Assembly: GCF_036321535.1 (NCBI RefSeq)
Contig: NC_087437.1
Coordinates: 89,406,001 to 89,470,000 of the forward strand
Source of the DNA: Camelus dromedarius
Lineage: Eukaryota
DNA length: 64,000 nucleotides
Direction of reading: 5' to 3'
The translations under genes and the position numbers were made by a program. Shown piece after piece: positions 49,779-62,245 of the stretch (its first letter is position 1; the number at the start of each line of letters is the position of its first letter). The notes beneath the pieces were generated by a model that worked only from the letters and a program-made list of their open reading frames with translations, was not told the DNA's origin and did not search any database.

Positions 49779-52421
49779 GTAGTCTCAAAATATAAAAAGC
49801 CAAAGTTGATAGTCAACTACACAGGAAAACTGACAGCCACTATTATAGTGAGAGATCTCAACATTCTTCTCTCAAAGTCTGCGAAGACCACAAAAATATT
49901 TTTATCTCCACAAATACATATATATATAATATATATATACATACACACATAAATTTGAACAAAAGGATTATAATGCTAGATTAAAGGACATATATAGCAC
50001 CTTGAAACCAACTGAGGAATGTTCATTCTTAAGGACACAGAGTGCACCTAAAGAACATTGGTCACATACTAGGATATAAATGAGACAGTAAAAACATTTA
50101 AAAAAGTCAGTTTCAATTATCATAAATAAAATACAAATAAGTTACATGGTGATAAAATTTATAAATAATATAAATGCATGTACTTATAAATTAATCTATT
50201 TAAAAATCTAATATAACAAAAAAGAATCATTATAGAAATTTAACTAAGAAATGAGTGTGTATATCATTTCAGAGCCTGATTTAAAGAAGTGAAAGAAGTT
50301 TATCTACTATTTAGAAAAAATGGACAAATTCTTAGAAAAATCTACGCTACCACAATTGAATTAGGAAGAAATAAAGCTCAAACATTCTTGAAGCAAATAA
50401 ATAAACTAACTGAATCAGCTTTTTTTAATGTTCCAAAAAGCAAATTCCAGGACAAAAATGTTTTATGGGTAATCCCTATGTAACTCTAAAAAGAGATAGT
50501 TCAAAACTTACATAAACTCTTTCAAAGAATTAAAAAGAGGATATAGTCCCCTACTCACATTATCAACTGTAGTCAAGGATGTAATGAGATGGGTAAACTA
50601 CAGTCTAATTCTCCTTATAAATATAGATGTAAAATCCTAAACAAAATATTAGCTAACTTAATCCAGCAGTGCATGAAAAGGTGCTATACCGTGACTGTGC
50701 TTGATTTATTCCACAACTGCAAGAGTGGTCTATCACTAAAAACTCTGTAAATGTGATTACCACATTAAGAGGCTAAATGAAATGATTAAGTCAATAAATA
50801 CTGGCATATTGTTATTAATTCAAATTTTATCCATGACAAAAATTGTTGGCAAATTAGGATTAGCCTCAATTTAATGAAGAGAATCAACAGGAAAATAATA
50901 TTTAGTGGTAAAAATTTAGAAGTATTTCATTTAAAATCACAATCAACACAAGGATGACTTATATCACAGCTGTCTCTAATGCATTGGAATACATACCCAA
51001 TGCATTAAACAAGAAAAATAACCTTTATAAGGATTAGAAGGAAAGAAACAAAATTGCTATTATTCAGGGATGATACAATTGTATAGAAATTATAAAAATA
51101 TTCATAAAAATTTTAGAATTAAAACAGATATTAAGAAAGCTGTTGAATGCAATATTAATGTTCAAATACTAACTACATTTTTGAAGAACTGAAATATTCA
51201 GAAAGGACATTCAGAAGGAATACATCAGACATAATTTGCAATGCTAATTAAAATATGTCATCTCTGAATAAAATATGGTAAGGTATGTTTGCAGAAAATT
51301 ACAAACTTCGTTGTGAGACATTTAAAAAGACATAAATAAGCTACAGTGTTCTTGGATTGTAAAGAGTCTAGTTATTTTTATCAACATTGATCTACAGGTT
51401 CAATGAAATTACTGTAACATTTTTAGCAAGATTTTTCTAAAATTTGTATTGAATTGCAAGGTCTGGGAGTAACCAAGAAGTTCCTGAAGAAAAAGAGCAA
51501 GTTTGGAAGATCTACACCAAATATTAAGGTTTATTAGAAAACTATAATTTTTAAGTTAATGTGGCTTTAAAACAGGAATGGAGAATACATCTAAAATATC
51601 TATTAATCAAAGAATACTTAACATATGACAGAAATCATGGCAATCAATAATTAAGGACAAAAGAGACTGTTTAATTAGTGGTGCTGGGACAATTAGTTAT
51701 TCACATAGAAAAAAGAAAATGAAATTAGCTCACAAGATCCACAATAATCAACTTCAAATATATTAAAGACTTAAGTAAAATAAAATTATAAAACCTTTAA
51801 AAGACAAAAGAATCTCTTATGGGCCTTAGCAAAGAAGTACTATTCAAACATAAGAAGAGTTTACTTAGAACAAGAACCAAATAAGAAAAGCAAATAAAAG
51901 ATGCTCACACTTCATTACTAATTAGGAATACGCAAAATTAGACTATAATGAGAAACTTTTATATTCATAAGACTGGTAGTGCCTGACAATACCAAAAATG
52001 GTGGGAATATAGAACACAGGGAACTATGTATATACTGCTAGTGGAATACATTGATAAATTACATTGGAAAAATTTTTGCCATTATCTTCTGTAATAATAT
52101 GTGCAAATACTAAAACCTAGCAACTCCACTTCTAGGCTAGACAAATTCCTGCAAATGTGCCCTAGAAAACATGTACAAGAATATTCAAAGCAGCACTGTT
52201 TGTATTTACCAAAAAATGGAAACAGCCCCAAAATATAGGAAAATATATAACGAAATCATAATGTATTTATGTAGAGTAATGTTATAAAATAATGGTAACA
52301 AATGAAAAACTGCATAGAAATAACATGGATGAAATTTGGAAACATAATGTTGAAAAATAAAAATACTAAAAACTTCTTAAATTACAAAAACACTTTAAAA
52401 AGCTCAAAAGAAATAAAATTA

Positions 52422-53793
52422 ATTGGCCATCTGCATTTCCTCTCTGGAAAAATGTATATTCAGTTCTTCCGCCCATTTTTCAATCAGGTTGTTTGTTTGT
52501 TTTTTTGATGTTGAGGTATGTGAGCTGTTCACATGTTAGATATTAATACCTTATCAGTCATATTATTTGCAAATATCTTCTTACTCAGTAGGTTGTCATT
52601 TATTTTACTAATAGTTTCCTTTGCTGTGCAAAAGATTTTCAGTTTAATTAGGTCCTACTTGTTTATTTTTGCTTTTATTTCCTTTGTTTTAGGAGACAGA
52701 TTAAAAAAATATTGCTGTGATTTATGTCAGAGTGTTATTCCTGTTTTCCTCTAGGAGTATCTGGTCTTACATTTAGGTCATTAACCCATTATGAGTTTAT
52801 TTTTGTATGTGGTGGTAGAAAATGTTCTAATTTCATTCTTTTACAATTAGCTGTCCAGTTTTCCCAGCACCGCTTATTGAAGAGACTGTCTTTTCTCCAT
52901 TGTATATTCTTGCCTCCTTTGTCATCAATAATTGACCTCAAATGTGTGGGATCAAATGTCTGACCTCTCTTTTCTATTCCATTGATCTATGTGTCTGTTT
53001 TTGTACTAGTACCGTACTGTTTTGATCACTGTAGCTGTGTAGTATAGTCTGAAGTCACCACTAATCATCAGGGAAATGCAAATCAAAACTACAATGAGGT
53101 ATTACCTCACAACTCACAGAATGGCTATCATCAAAAACAACACAAATAAATGTTGGCAAGGATGTGGAGAAAAAGGAATCCTCCTGCTAAGTCGGTGGGA
53201 ACATAAATTGGTGTAGCCACTGCAGAAAACAGTATGGAGGTTTCTCGAAAAAATAAAAATAGAACTACTATATGAGCCTACAATTCCATTCCTGGGTATA
53301 TTTCCAGAAAAAAACAAAACCACTAATTTTAAAAGATACATGCACCTCAATGCTCATAGCAGCATTATTTACATTTGCCAAGGTATGGAAGCATCTAAGT
53401 GTTCACCAATAGATGAGTGTATAAAGATGATGTGGTATATTATATACAATGGAATACTACTCAGTCATAAAAAGAATGAAATTTTGCCATTTGCAGCAAC
53501 ATGGTTGGACTTGGAGGACATTACACTAAGTGAAATGTCAGACAGAGAAAGACAAATACTGTATGTGGAATCAGAAAAATACAGTAAGCTAGTGAATGAA
53601 GCAAAAAAGAAGCAGATTCACAGATAGAACAAACTAGTGGTTACCAGTGGGGAGAGGGTAGTGGGGAGGGACAATATAAAGGTAGAAAAAAATAAATAAA
53701 GAGTTGTTATGGGATTATATGAAATCATGTGTGTGAAACTTTTGAAAATTGTAAAGTGCTGTAGAATTTAAAGAATCTTTCATTCAGTAAAAA
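52422..53793 (+). mobile_element. 5'-inverted (twin-primed) LINE-1: 52422-53057 antisense ORF2 piece, 53058-53793 sense 3' end
   Basis: Antisense part starts attggccatctgcatttcctc and includes ccagttttcccagcaccgcttattgaagagactg; junction gaagtca|ccactaatcatcagggaaatgcaaatc; sense part ends aaagaatctttcattcagtaaaaa. Confidence 0.95.
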
Positions 53794-53799
53794 TAATAA

Positions 53800-54030
53800 T
53801 AATGTATCATGTAAGAATGCATATGTGCAATAATTACATACGTATAGCACACAAAAAAATTCCAAATTTTAAAAAATTCTCACTACAATGAGAGTCATGA
53901 CAATGGAATGGGGAAGAGTAATAAGGTGGCAGTAATGTTTGTGGTTTCATTTGATATCTTTTTTTTTTTTACTATGCTTTATAATTTACAAATTTGTTAT
54001 ATACATTTTTATGCATCAAAAAATACACGA
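53800..54030 (+). mobile_element. Distal 3' UTR of the ancient LINE-1 beginning at ~48090
   Basis: aaggtggcagtaatgtttgtggtttc...tatgctttataatttaca...atacatttttatgcatcaaaaaatac resembles L1MD/ME termini. Confidence 0.6.
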
Positions 54031-54849
54031 TTGTTCCAAGATTTCCAAAAGGCAAAAAAAAAAAAGTGATATCAATTATAGCTACTATTTTTCTTTTGAA
54101 AAAATTACACAGCTCTACTACTGAGGTATATTTGGAAAACCATGGCTAGGAAAATAATATTATATTATGCTATCAATAATGGGTGATAGTTCAAGTATTC
54201 TGTAGGCATTAAAGATTTTAGTTAACATTAATAAAATGCACTCATACTTGGAAAGGAGGAGAGACAGTGGGAAAGACTAAGAGTGCTTCACAATTAAATT
54301 TCAGCTTTAAATTATAATCCCCACATTAACATCCCATGTCACTTGGTCAAAGTCACTGGCTCAGGCTATCAAGACAGAAGCAAGAAGAATGCTTCTTTCC
54401 AAACAAAAATTACCTGAGTGTCAGCAAAATGTCCAAATCATCTATTTCACATTGATGTGCCTTTTAAAAACTTTTCTCTCCAAATCAAGGGCACTTCTTT
54501 GTTTCAGATTTAAGGAGCAGATGAAATATATTCTAATATATTCATATCATAAATCTCTAATGTCTAAGCAAGACCTGCAGAAACATCTATCTGTCCTGAC
54601 CAAGAATCTCCAGAGGCTATTACATTCCCACTTTAAAAAAAAAAAAGTCATCTGTGTAGAGCCCATCTCAGTCTCTAGCTTGTCAGTTCAAGAACATTAG
54701 AAGGCCTCTTTAGTTTTGCTCATTAAGATGTATATCTTTTATGCCCCATGATAACCATTAATATTCAAAAAATACAAGGAAAAGCATAAGGCAAGTGATT
54801 AAACTAGAGAATGCAACTACGCCAAACATTTGGAGCTTTCCAATTACTA

Positions 54850-54965
54850 CTGGACCCTACTTCCGTCTGGCAACTGAGGGTTATATGACAACACAATGCC
54901 ATTTTGAGGCTCAAGTAAGCAGCATCACTCTAACTGCTTGTTGCAGAATGAGTTTGTAGTCCTAG
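54850..54965. promoter_or_regulatory. Candidate CpG-poor promoter motif cluster
   Basis: acttccg (ETS, 54859), ctggcaac (RFX half-site), gccatttt (YY1, 54898), caa|gtaagc donor (54915), tgcagaatgagtttgtagtcc (ZNF143/THAP11-like); motif matches only. Confidence 0.3.
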
Positions 54966-56014
54966 AGGATTGCAAGATGTGGATGATTGCTCCTTAGAGG
55001 ACTAACTGTTGACAGGGCTGGTGAAACAACTCATGAATGATGAACTAAGAAAGCATCCAACTGCTCATGCAGACCTGTAAATGTGCCACACCACAACCTT
55101 AGGAGGGATCACAGCAATTTCCCCATGTCCTATTATTTGCCTCTGACCAAAAATGACAGAGATGCCCCACATCACTAGGTGTAGTCTGGATGTACATTCC
55201 ACACATTCTGATCCTTTAACTTCACTGAGTTAAGAAATGTCATCATGCAGTGTTATCAAAATCTTGAAGCTCTCTATTAAATCTTGAACATGCATCAATT
55301 TCCTTTGTTACAAAATTAATGACTAAAAATAACTCTATTAATGTTTAAAATGAAGAAAGAACTTCCAAGAGTTCAACATTGGACCTCTGCTTAGCCTTCT
55401 ATTCCCAAGGCTAATAGCAAGCACAAAGACTTTGATTAAGGATTCACAATACACAATTTTTAAAAAATCAATCTGACCCTCTGTATGAATTTATATAAAT
55501 AATAAGCATATAATAGGCATGTCTTGAGCAGCTTTAATCACGGGGAAATATTTACATTGTAATCTAAAAATAAAATAGAGTTAAAAAAAGAATTTAATTT
55601 ATCCTCTGCAGATAGTGCCCTCCCTGGTAACAACTGCATAGCATTTACAAAAGGAAAAATATAATGCAACTGAGAAAGAGGATAAATAGACACACAAGAA
55701 TGGGATTGTTTACTATTCGACAGAGCAACCCCTTTCTGTTGTCTTTTATACATCTACCACTGTAAACTGTTCATCGTATTTCTCAAATATCACAACATAT
55801 ACTTTAGTAGTTTGAAATTTAGCAGTTAAATAACATAATCAGTATGTGAACAAACTTCTATTTCCCTCCTTGTCCTACGTATTGTGCCATCTATCTTATT
55901 TATTTTTCATTCACTGGTGATCTTTGTTAGCCATTAATGAGTTACTTTATTCATCCATTTGTATCACTCATTGCCTTCTACTTCTTTTATTATTGTCATT
56001 ATTATTGGTGCCGT

Positions 56015-56200
56015 CCTTGTAAGAACACTTAATGTGATATGTACACTCTTAACAAATTTTTAAATGCACAGTACAGTCTGTTGGCTACAGACACAATGCA
56101 TGGCAGAGCTCTAGAACTTATTCATCTGGTATAATTAAAACTTTAATACTTGTTGAAATGCAATTCTCCATTTCTTTGCTACTTCCCACTTTGTTTTCAA
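56015..56200 (-). mobile_element. LINE-1 3' end (L1MA-like)
   Basis: gtaagaacacttaatgtgatatgtacactcttaacaaattt...ctctagaacttattcatct. Confidence 0.85.
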
Positions 56201-57959
56201 TTTCCCAGATCATTCTGCTGTCCTTGGGTTTTACCATCCTCTTTGTTCCTTCCTCCATTTTACTTACCTGACTTCTTAGAAAATACATTTGATTTTTTTC
56301 ATTTTTATTCCCAAGTTCCAGATAAAAGAATTCCAATTCTACATGTAACTAATAAGAGAATTGTCAAGAGATGTCTCATAACTTTAAAAAGAAAAATCAT
56401 TATCTAGCAAAGAGATTTTATTTTGTGCACATTACATAAACACTTCACAGTATCAATATTTTAGGAGGACTTCTCTGCTAAGGAGGAAAAAAAATCTTAT
56501 GCTATCTAATACATTCTTTGTCATCCACCCTGTTAAACTAAGATTTTATGTCAAACTCAAGTCTCTGATTATTGTTTTTGTTTATTTTTAATATCATTTT
56601 AGTCCCTCTGTTAATTCAGTCTTTTACACAAAATGAAACAATGTTTAACAACCAATAAGATCCTAAGAAAATTTAGCAAATGATTGAAGACCTTGTCTCC
56701 AGCAAGATGAGGAAACGGAACAAAAACTGGTACAGTTGCTTTGCATCAGGAGGAACTGAAATGCTCTGCTTTTCTTTTGTCTTGATTCTTAACCAGAGTT
56801 TAAAAAGACAGTGAAGCCCAGTTCTGCTCGATTGGTCTGTTGATGATGGTTTTGGTAAATATAACTGATTAAAATTCTTCCTAAATTTGTTTTAAGACTC
56901 ACTTTTTCAGCAGGTTTCTCTGAGAATACATATCCAGTTATATTTATATATAAGTGCATTTGAAAATAAAAGGTAGCATATAGCTTAAAAGGATGGAACA
57001 TTCAAGAATTTAATATAGACATTATTTTTACTTATTTTCAAAAGTAACTATCATCTTTACTACTACATAATTCCCTGTGTAAAAAATTAAGAATTACCCA
57101 CAAATACCCTTCTGATCCACTTGTCAATTTGAGAAAAAAACTGAATCGTACCCATCTGAAAATAAAAGGTCTTATTAAAGCTAGGAGACATTTCCTAAAA
57201 ATTATTTTTTAAATGTAATCTTCTATGTTACCTTTTAAGAAATTTCCTCTTTTCCCTGATACCCTATTTTGTCACGATCTTCTAAGAAACAGGGTATTCA
57301 GACTAAGTAACTTTTTTAGAAAGTGACTTATAATGAACATATATTGGTTCCCATATATTTATAAATATGAATTACATTCTACCATTCCACTTAGAAATTC
57401 ATGGTCATCACCATTTATTATTTCTTACTCAATGGATTATAACCTTATATTTCTTTGTTAATAGTGACAAGACAGACTTTGTTTAATCATTCTCAAGTAC
57501 TCAATTGGTAAATCAAATATAGTATACATTTATAAAAATAATGCATTTACCAAAAATGCTTTCCCCTATAACTTTGTATGCTTGGTGTTATTGTGTATGT
57601 TTCCAGCAGACATAAGGGGTCAAATTATAGTAACATCTTGCAATATTCTTATGTCTGTTATAATAACAATGATCTTTAAATATATGTAAATTAATATATT
57701 TAAATATGTGTTATCATAGTTTTAACACATGACAAATTTTCTATAATTACTGAGTACATATAATGGAAATAAAACTAACAATCATAAATAATGATCATCT
57801 CTTTGCCTGTGAAAATTTAGTTGGTCACGATGGCACTAATTTATTATGACTTATAAACCATTTTATATGCTAATTAACAGAATTTAAGTAGACAAAATTC
57901 CTTCATTGTTGAAGGGAGGAAAATATATCCTTTAAGGTTGTCAAAAGTATACTGGGAAG

Positions 57960-58192
57960 GACTGAATTTGGGAGCAGAGAAGCAGCCTTTTAAATCTTGT
58001 GTTTGCTACTGATGTGCAATGTAATTTTGAGTCAAAGTGAGAGTTTCAACATCCTCCACCAAAAAAAAAAAAAAAAAAAAAAGGCAGGCAAAATAAGTAG
58101 TGTAGATTGTATGACAATTATGTGACAAAAAAAATCTACATAAAGAACCTAGAAGGCATCCCAGCTAACAGTGTATCACTACAAATATTAGC
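57960..58192 (+). mobile_element. MIR SINE with internal A22 run
   Basis: actgaatttgggagcagaga...aaatcttgtgtttgctact...agtttc...A22 (58061-58082)...taaagaacctagaagg...aaatattag. Confidence 0.6.
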
Positions 58193-58271
58193 ATAATCTC
58201 CTCCTTCCTTTATCATAACTGCAGGTTATCAATCGTTTAAATAGATCTTCTCCTCCCATACTTAAAAAAAA

Positions 58272-59570
58272 AATTGTAGTAAATATACATGACATAAAAT
58301 TTACCAATTTAGCCATTTTTAGGTGAACAACTCAGTAGCATTAAATACATTCACATTCTTATGCAACCATCATCACTACCAACTCCATAGCTTTTCATCA
58401 TCCCAAACTGAAGCTGTGCCCATTAAACAGTAACCCCCATTCCTTTCTGCCTCCAGCCACTGGTTACCACCATTCTATTTTATGTCTCTATGAATGGATT
58501 ATTCTAGTAAAATCACGTAACATTTATTCTTTTATGTCTAGCCTATTTCAGTCAGCATAATGTTCTGAAGGTTCACCCATGCTGTAGCATATATTAGAAC
58601 TTCACTTTTTATAAAGGTTGTTATACTCCATTGTATGTATAAGCTACATTTTGCTTATCCATCCAACCTCCAGTTGACATTTGGTTTATTTTCACCTTTT
58701 GAGTATTGTGAAAAATGCTGCTATGAACATGGTGTGCAAAGATCCGTTTGACAACTTGCTTTCAACTCCTTGATTTGAATACATGGTTGGAGATCATTTG
58801 TTCATGTATGTAAAAGTTTATTTCTCAGCTCTCTATTCTATTCTATTGGTCTATATGTCTACCTTTATGACAGTAACACACTCTTTTGAACACTGCAGAT
58901 TCAAAGTAAGTTTTAAAATCAGATCACGACTCCTCCAACTTTGTTCATTTTCAAGATTGTTTTGTCTATTTACAATCCTTCAGGATACAAATTTTAGGAT
59001 GGGTTTTTCTATTTATGCGAAAAGGCATCACTGGAACTTTGAAAGGGATTGCATTCAACCTGTAGATTGCTTTGGGTGGCATTAACATCTTAGCAATATT
59101 ATGTCTTCCAATTCATAAACACGTATCTTTCCATACATTTGTACTTTCTTTCAGCAACATTTTGTCATTTCAGTGTACCAGTTTAGCTTCCTTGGCTAAG
59201 TTAACCTAAGTATTTTATTCATTTTGATGCTTTTGTAAATGGACCATTTTCTTATTTTACTTTTTGGATTGTTCATTGTCAGTGTATAAAAACTTAACTG
59301 ATTTTTGTACATTGAATTTGTATTCTGAAATGTTGCTGAATTTATTCACTAAACAGTTTGTGTGTGTGTGTATGGACTCATTAGGGTTTTCTACATTTAA
59401 GTTCATGTCACGTGCAGAGAAAATTGTCCTTCCTCCTTTCAAATTACGATGATTTTATTTAATTGCTTAATTCTTTCCCTTTTTTCCTTCCTTCTTTCCT
59501 TCCTTTCTTCATTGCTTAATTGCTCTGGCTGGAACTTTCAATACTATATTTTATAAAAGCAGCAAAAGCC
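58272..59570 (-). mobile_element. LINE-1 (L1MB-like) 3' UTR and ORF2 part with internal deletion
   Basis: acataaaatttaccaatttagccatttttagg, cccaaactgaagctgtgcccattaaac, tgctgctatgaacat; ORF2 actgatttttgtacattgaatttgtattctgaaatgttgctgaatt. Confidence 0.9.
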
Positions 59571-59599
59571 ATTATGTTTTATATGCTCTTCTTAATCCA

Positions 59600-59768
59600 T
59601 CACATGCCAACTGTGTGTCTTTGAAGTGATGTAACTTTCTGAGCCTGTTTTCAAGTAGGAATTACTGTCTTCACTACAGTTGATAATTTTACATATTTAA
59701 TGACATATTTCAAAGCTGTCAGCATAGTCCCTAACAAATAATAGTATGAACCCAACAAATTAGTTACA
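59600..59768 (+). mobile_element. MIR fragment
   Basis: ctgtgtgtctttgaagtgatgtaactttctgagcctgtttt...aaagctgtcagcatagtccct. Confidence 0.6.
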
Positions 59769-61919
59769 GCTCTTTCCTCTTGTTTTCTTTATATCTTAAA
59801 AGAAGAAAATAAGGATTAAAATAGCTTTAAAATAAATAGCTAAGTGGCAACTTTATCTTTTTCCTTTTATTTCAATAATCTATTTTCCTATATATCTAAT
59901 TAGTAATTTTATAAAGAAAGAATTATACACTCAAACATAAAGAGTACAATTTTAAATATTTAACTGATTTTTATCCTTTAATATATATTTTCAGACAGGA
60001 GAACAAATGCATTTTTAAGGTTGCATGTTCCTTGAATAGCAAAGTATGTAAATTAACACATATTAAATACATATTTTAATAGCTAAATACCTAAATTAAT
60101 ACATATTTTCCTTTATAAAAGGAAACCAAAGAAATAAGCATTTAAAATATTTCCATAAAGTTCATTTAGAAACACTCAACTATATGAATTGTGTAAAATT
60201 CTTGTCATCATTACATTTCTGGCTTAATTTGTCTCTAAATCACAATAAATCCAGAATGCTGAAGATTAGGTTAATTTTATCTGTTTGGTCTTTTAATCCA
60301 CTTTGCAATTGGGTTTAAACTCAAATGAGAACAGAGGACAGTTTATGAGAGTGCTTTCTTCTTCAGGACAAAAGGGAGCAAAATTGTATTTAAGGAACAT
60401 ACAGAGTATCATCATGTTATGAAACTTGAGAGGCTAAATGAAAATAAACCACAGTCTTACAAGGAAGGGATAAGTTTATTATATATAAAGTAATGATACT
60501 AACTTGAAAAAACGGTAAAAACAGAGGCTAGCTTAAGAGGGTCAAAGTAGTTTTTTAGATAAATTGAATATTTATAAATGCTAGTGACAAGTATGAAGGT
60601 AAAATAAGGGACATTTGAAGTGTTATTCAAGACAGTGAATAGAATTTACTGTTGCAACATATGCTGAAATTATGTAGGACAACGCCTTGGTCATCTCCCT
60701 TGGCTGTTATTTTATTTTCTTCCTGTGTTCTCGACAGACTCCTATAAAATTGGTCTCAAAATAGGAGATATTCAGATACTTCCTGGTCATCAATACAAAC
60801 GTGACCCAGCTATGAGACTGATTATCTTTTCAAATCATGCAAACATCCATTTTTGTGAACATCATCAAACGCCATTATTAAAATATTCGATCCTCATAAG
60901 TGAAATTCACTGCTTCTGGAAGGTGCTTTTACAATAAGGGAGAGGGTAAATAGAAAGTCCTGAGTAGCAGAGTATCAGCCTTATTGTATAGTTGTTAATT
61001 GCTTGTTATAAACAGATACCTATATCTGATATAAATGGTTATGGATACATTTTATGAAATAATGTAACTTTTATATATGTATGCCATAAAATAATTTATT
61101 TCAAGTCTGTAAGGCTAAGGTTATTAAATAGCAAGTTTACAAACATTTTTTTGATAATATAAATCAAGTCAGCCAACCTACATCCAAAGCCCTTAGAAAC
61201 ATTTGCAAATTCCAAGGATCATATATATATTTGTTTCTTCTTTTCAACTCTGGTCTTACTCACACCTTTGGCTAGCCTTTCCCTTTCTACTTCCTATTTT
61301 GTAACTTCTCTCTATCTTCACACTATGTATTTTAGACTTCTGTGAAACATCTCATACTCTGTTCATTAGATGTTATCTAATATTTAGGTTCAAAAAGTTA
61401 TTTGATTCATATATTATGCTAGCTGTGTTCCATATAGAGTATGTGTGTTTGTCTATGTATGTATGTGTATGTGTGTGTATAGCTGAAGAACAAAGATTAA
61501 AATAATGCCTTGACCTCCATGATTATTTCTCTTAAAAAGCTCCCAGAATATGGTAAACCTATACAAAATAACTAAGATACTTATCCTAAATAAATTTAGT
61601 AGTATGAGGCACCAGATTCTTCTACCTTAGGATTTAACAATCTAGTTAATAAAATTCTGACCATGGTTTTCAATTTATTAAATGCTTTAATATTTAATAA
61701 ATATTTATTGAGTATTAAAAATTAATAGTAAACACCTATTTTTGTATGGGCTGTACAATCAGGCTGCCTTAACTTTAACTTTTTTTTCCAGGCACTTATA
61801 AAATACTAATGGCATCTGTTCATTTTGGTGGGTGCTAAGACTATGACAGAATGTATACCCAGAACTGAACTCTCATAAATGCCTCATGATTTACATGCAT
61901 AATTGTCTACACACATGCT

Positions 61920-62140
61920 ACTGCTCTCACTGCGATGTACTAGCTTCCTGTCTTTCCTTGGTTTCTATACATCCTTTGGATTTTACCTGAAATGTCTTCT
62001 TTTACTTTTCCACTGATATTCCGCTAGGTATAACATCTTTTGCCATCATTAGATGGTTGCAAGGATTGTGTTTTTTATATTTTTACCTCAATACTTAGCT
62101 TAGTACCTGGTACATAGTAGATACTCAATAAAGTTGAAGA
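61920..62140 (+). mobile_element. L2 3' fragment
   Basis: cttagcttagtacctggtacatagtagatactcaataaagttgaa. Confidence 0.7.
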
Positions 62141-62189
62141 ACAAAGTAGTTTTTCAAATCTCATGTACTTTTTTTTTTTTAACTTTGAT

Positions 62190-62245
62190 TCAACGCCATA
62201 TGAATTTACTGAGCTCATCAATGCCATATGAATTTACTGAGCTCA
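62190..62245. repeat. 28-bp tandem duplication (1 mismatch)
   Basis: tcaa(c/t)gccatatgaatttactgagctca at 62190-62217 and 62218-62245. Confidence 0.95.

Larger units (their letters stand above)
48090..52420 (+). mobile_element. Ancient long LINE-1 (L1MD/ME-like) with nested insertions; continues at ~53800-54030
   Basis: ORF1 end caacaatggaagccagaagaccatgg; ORF2 remnants ttatagtgagagatctcaac, atagatgtaaaatcctaaacaaaatattagc, ggtgctgggacaattagtt; 3' UTR caagaatattcaaagcagcactgtttgt. Confidence 0.85.

Noticed and set aside
54415..54574. Minus-strand coding exon (tttctgcag ... cag|gtaatt)
   Set aside because: Stops in all three frames; at best non-coding, with no other support
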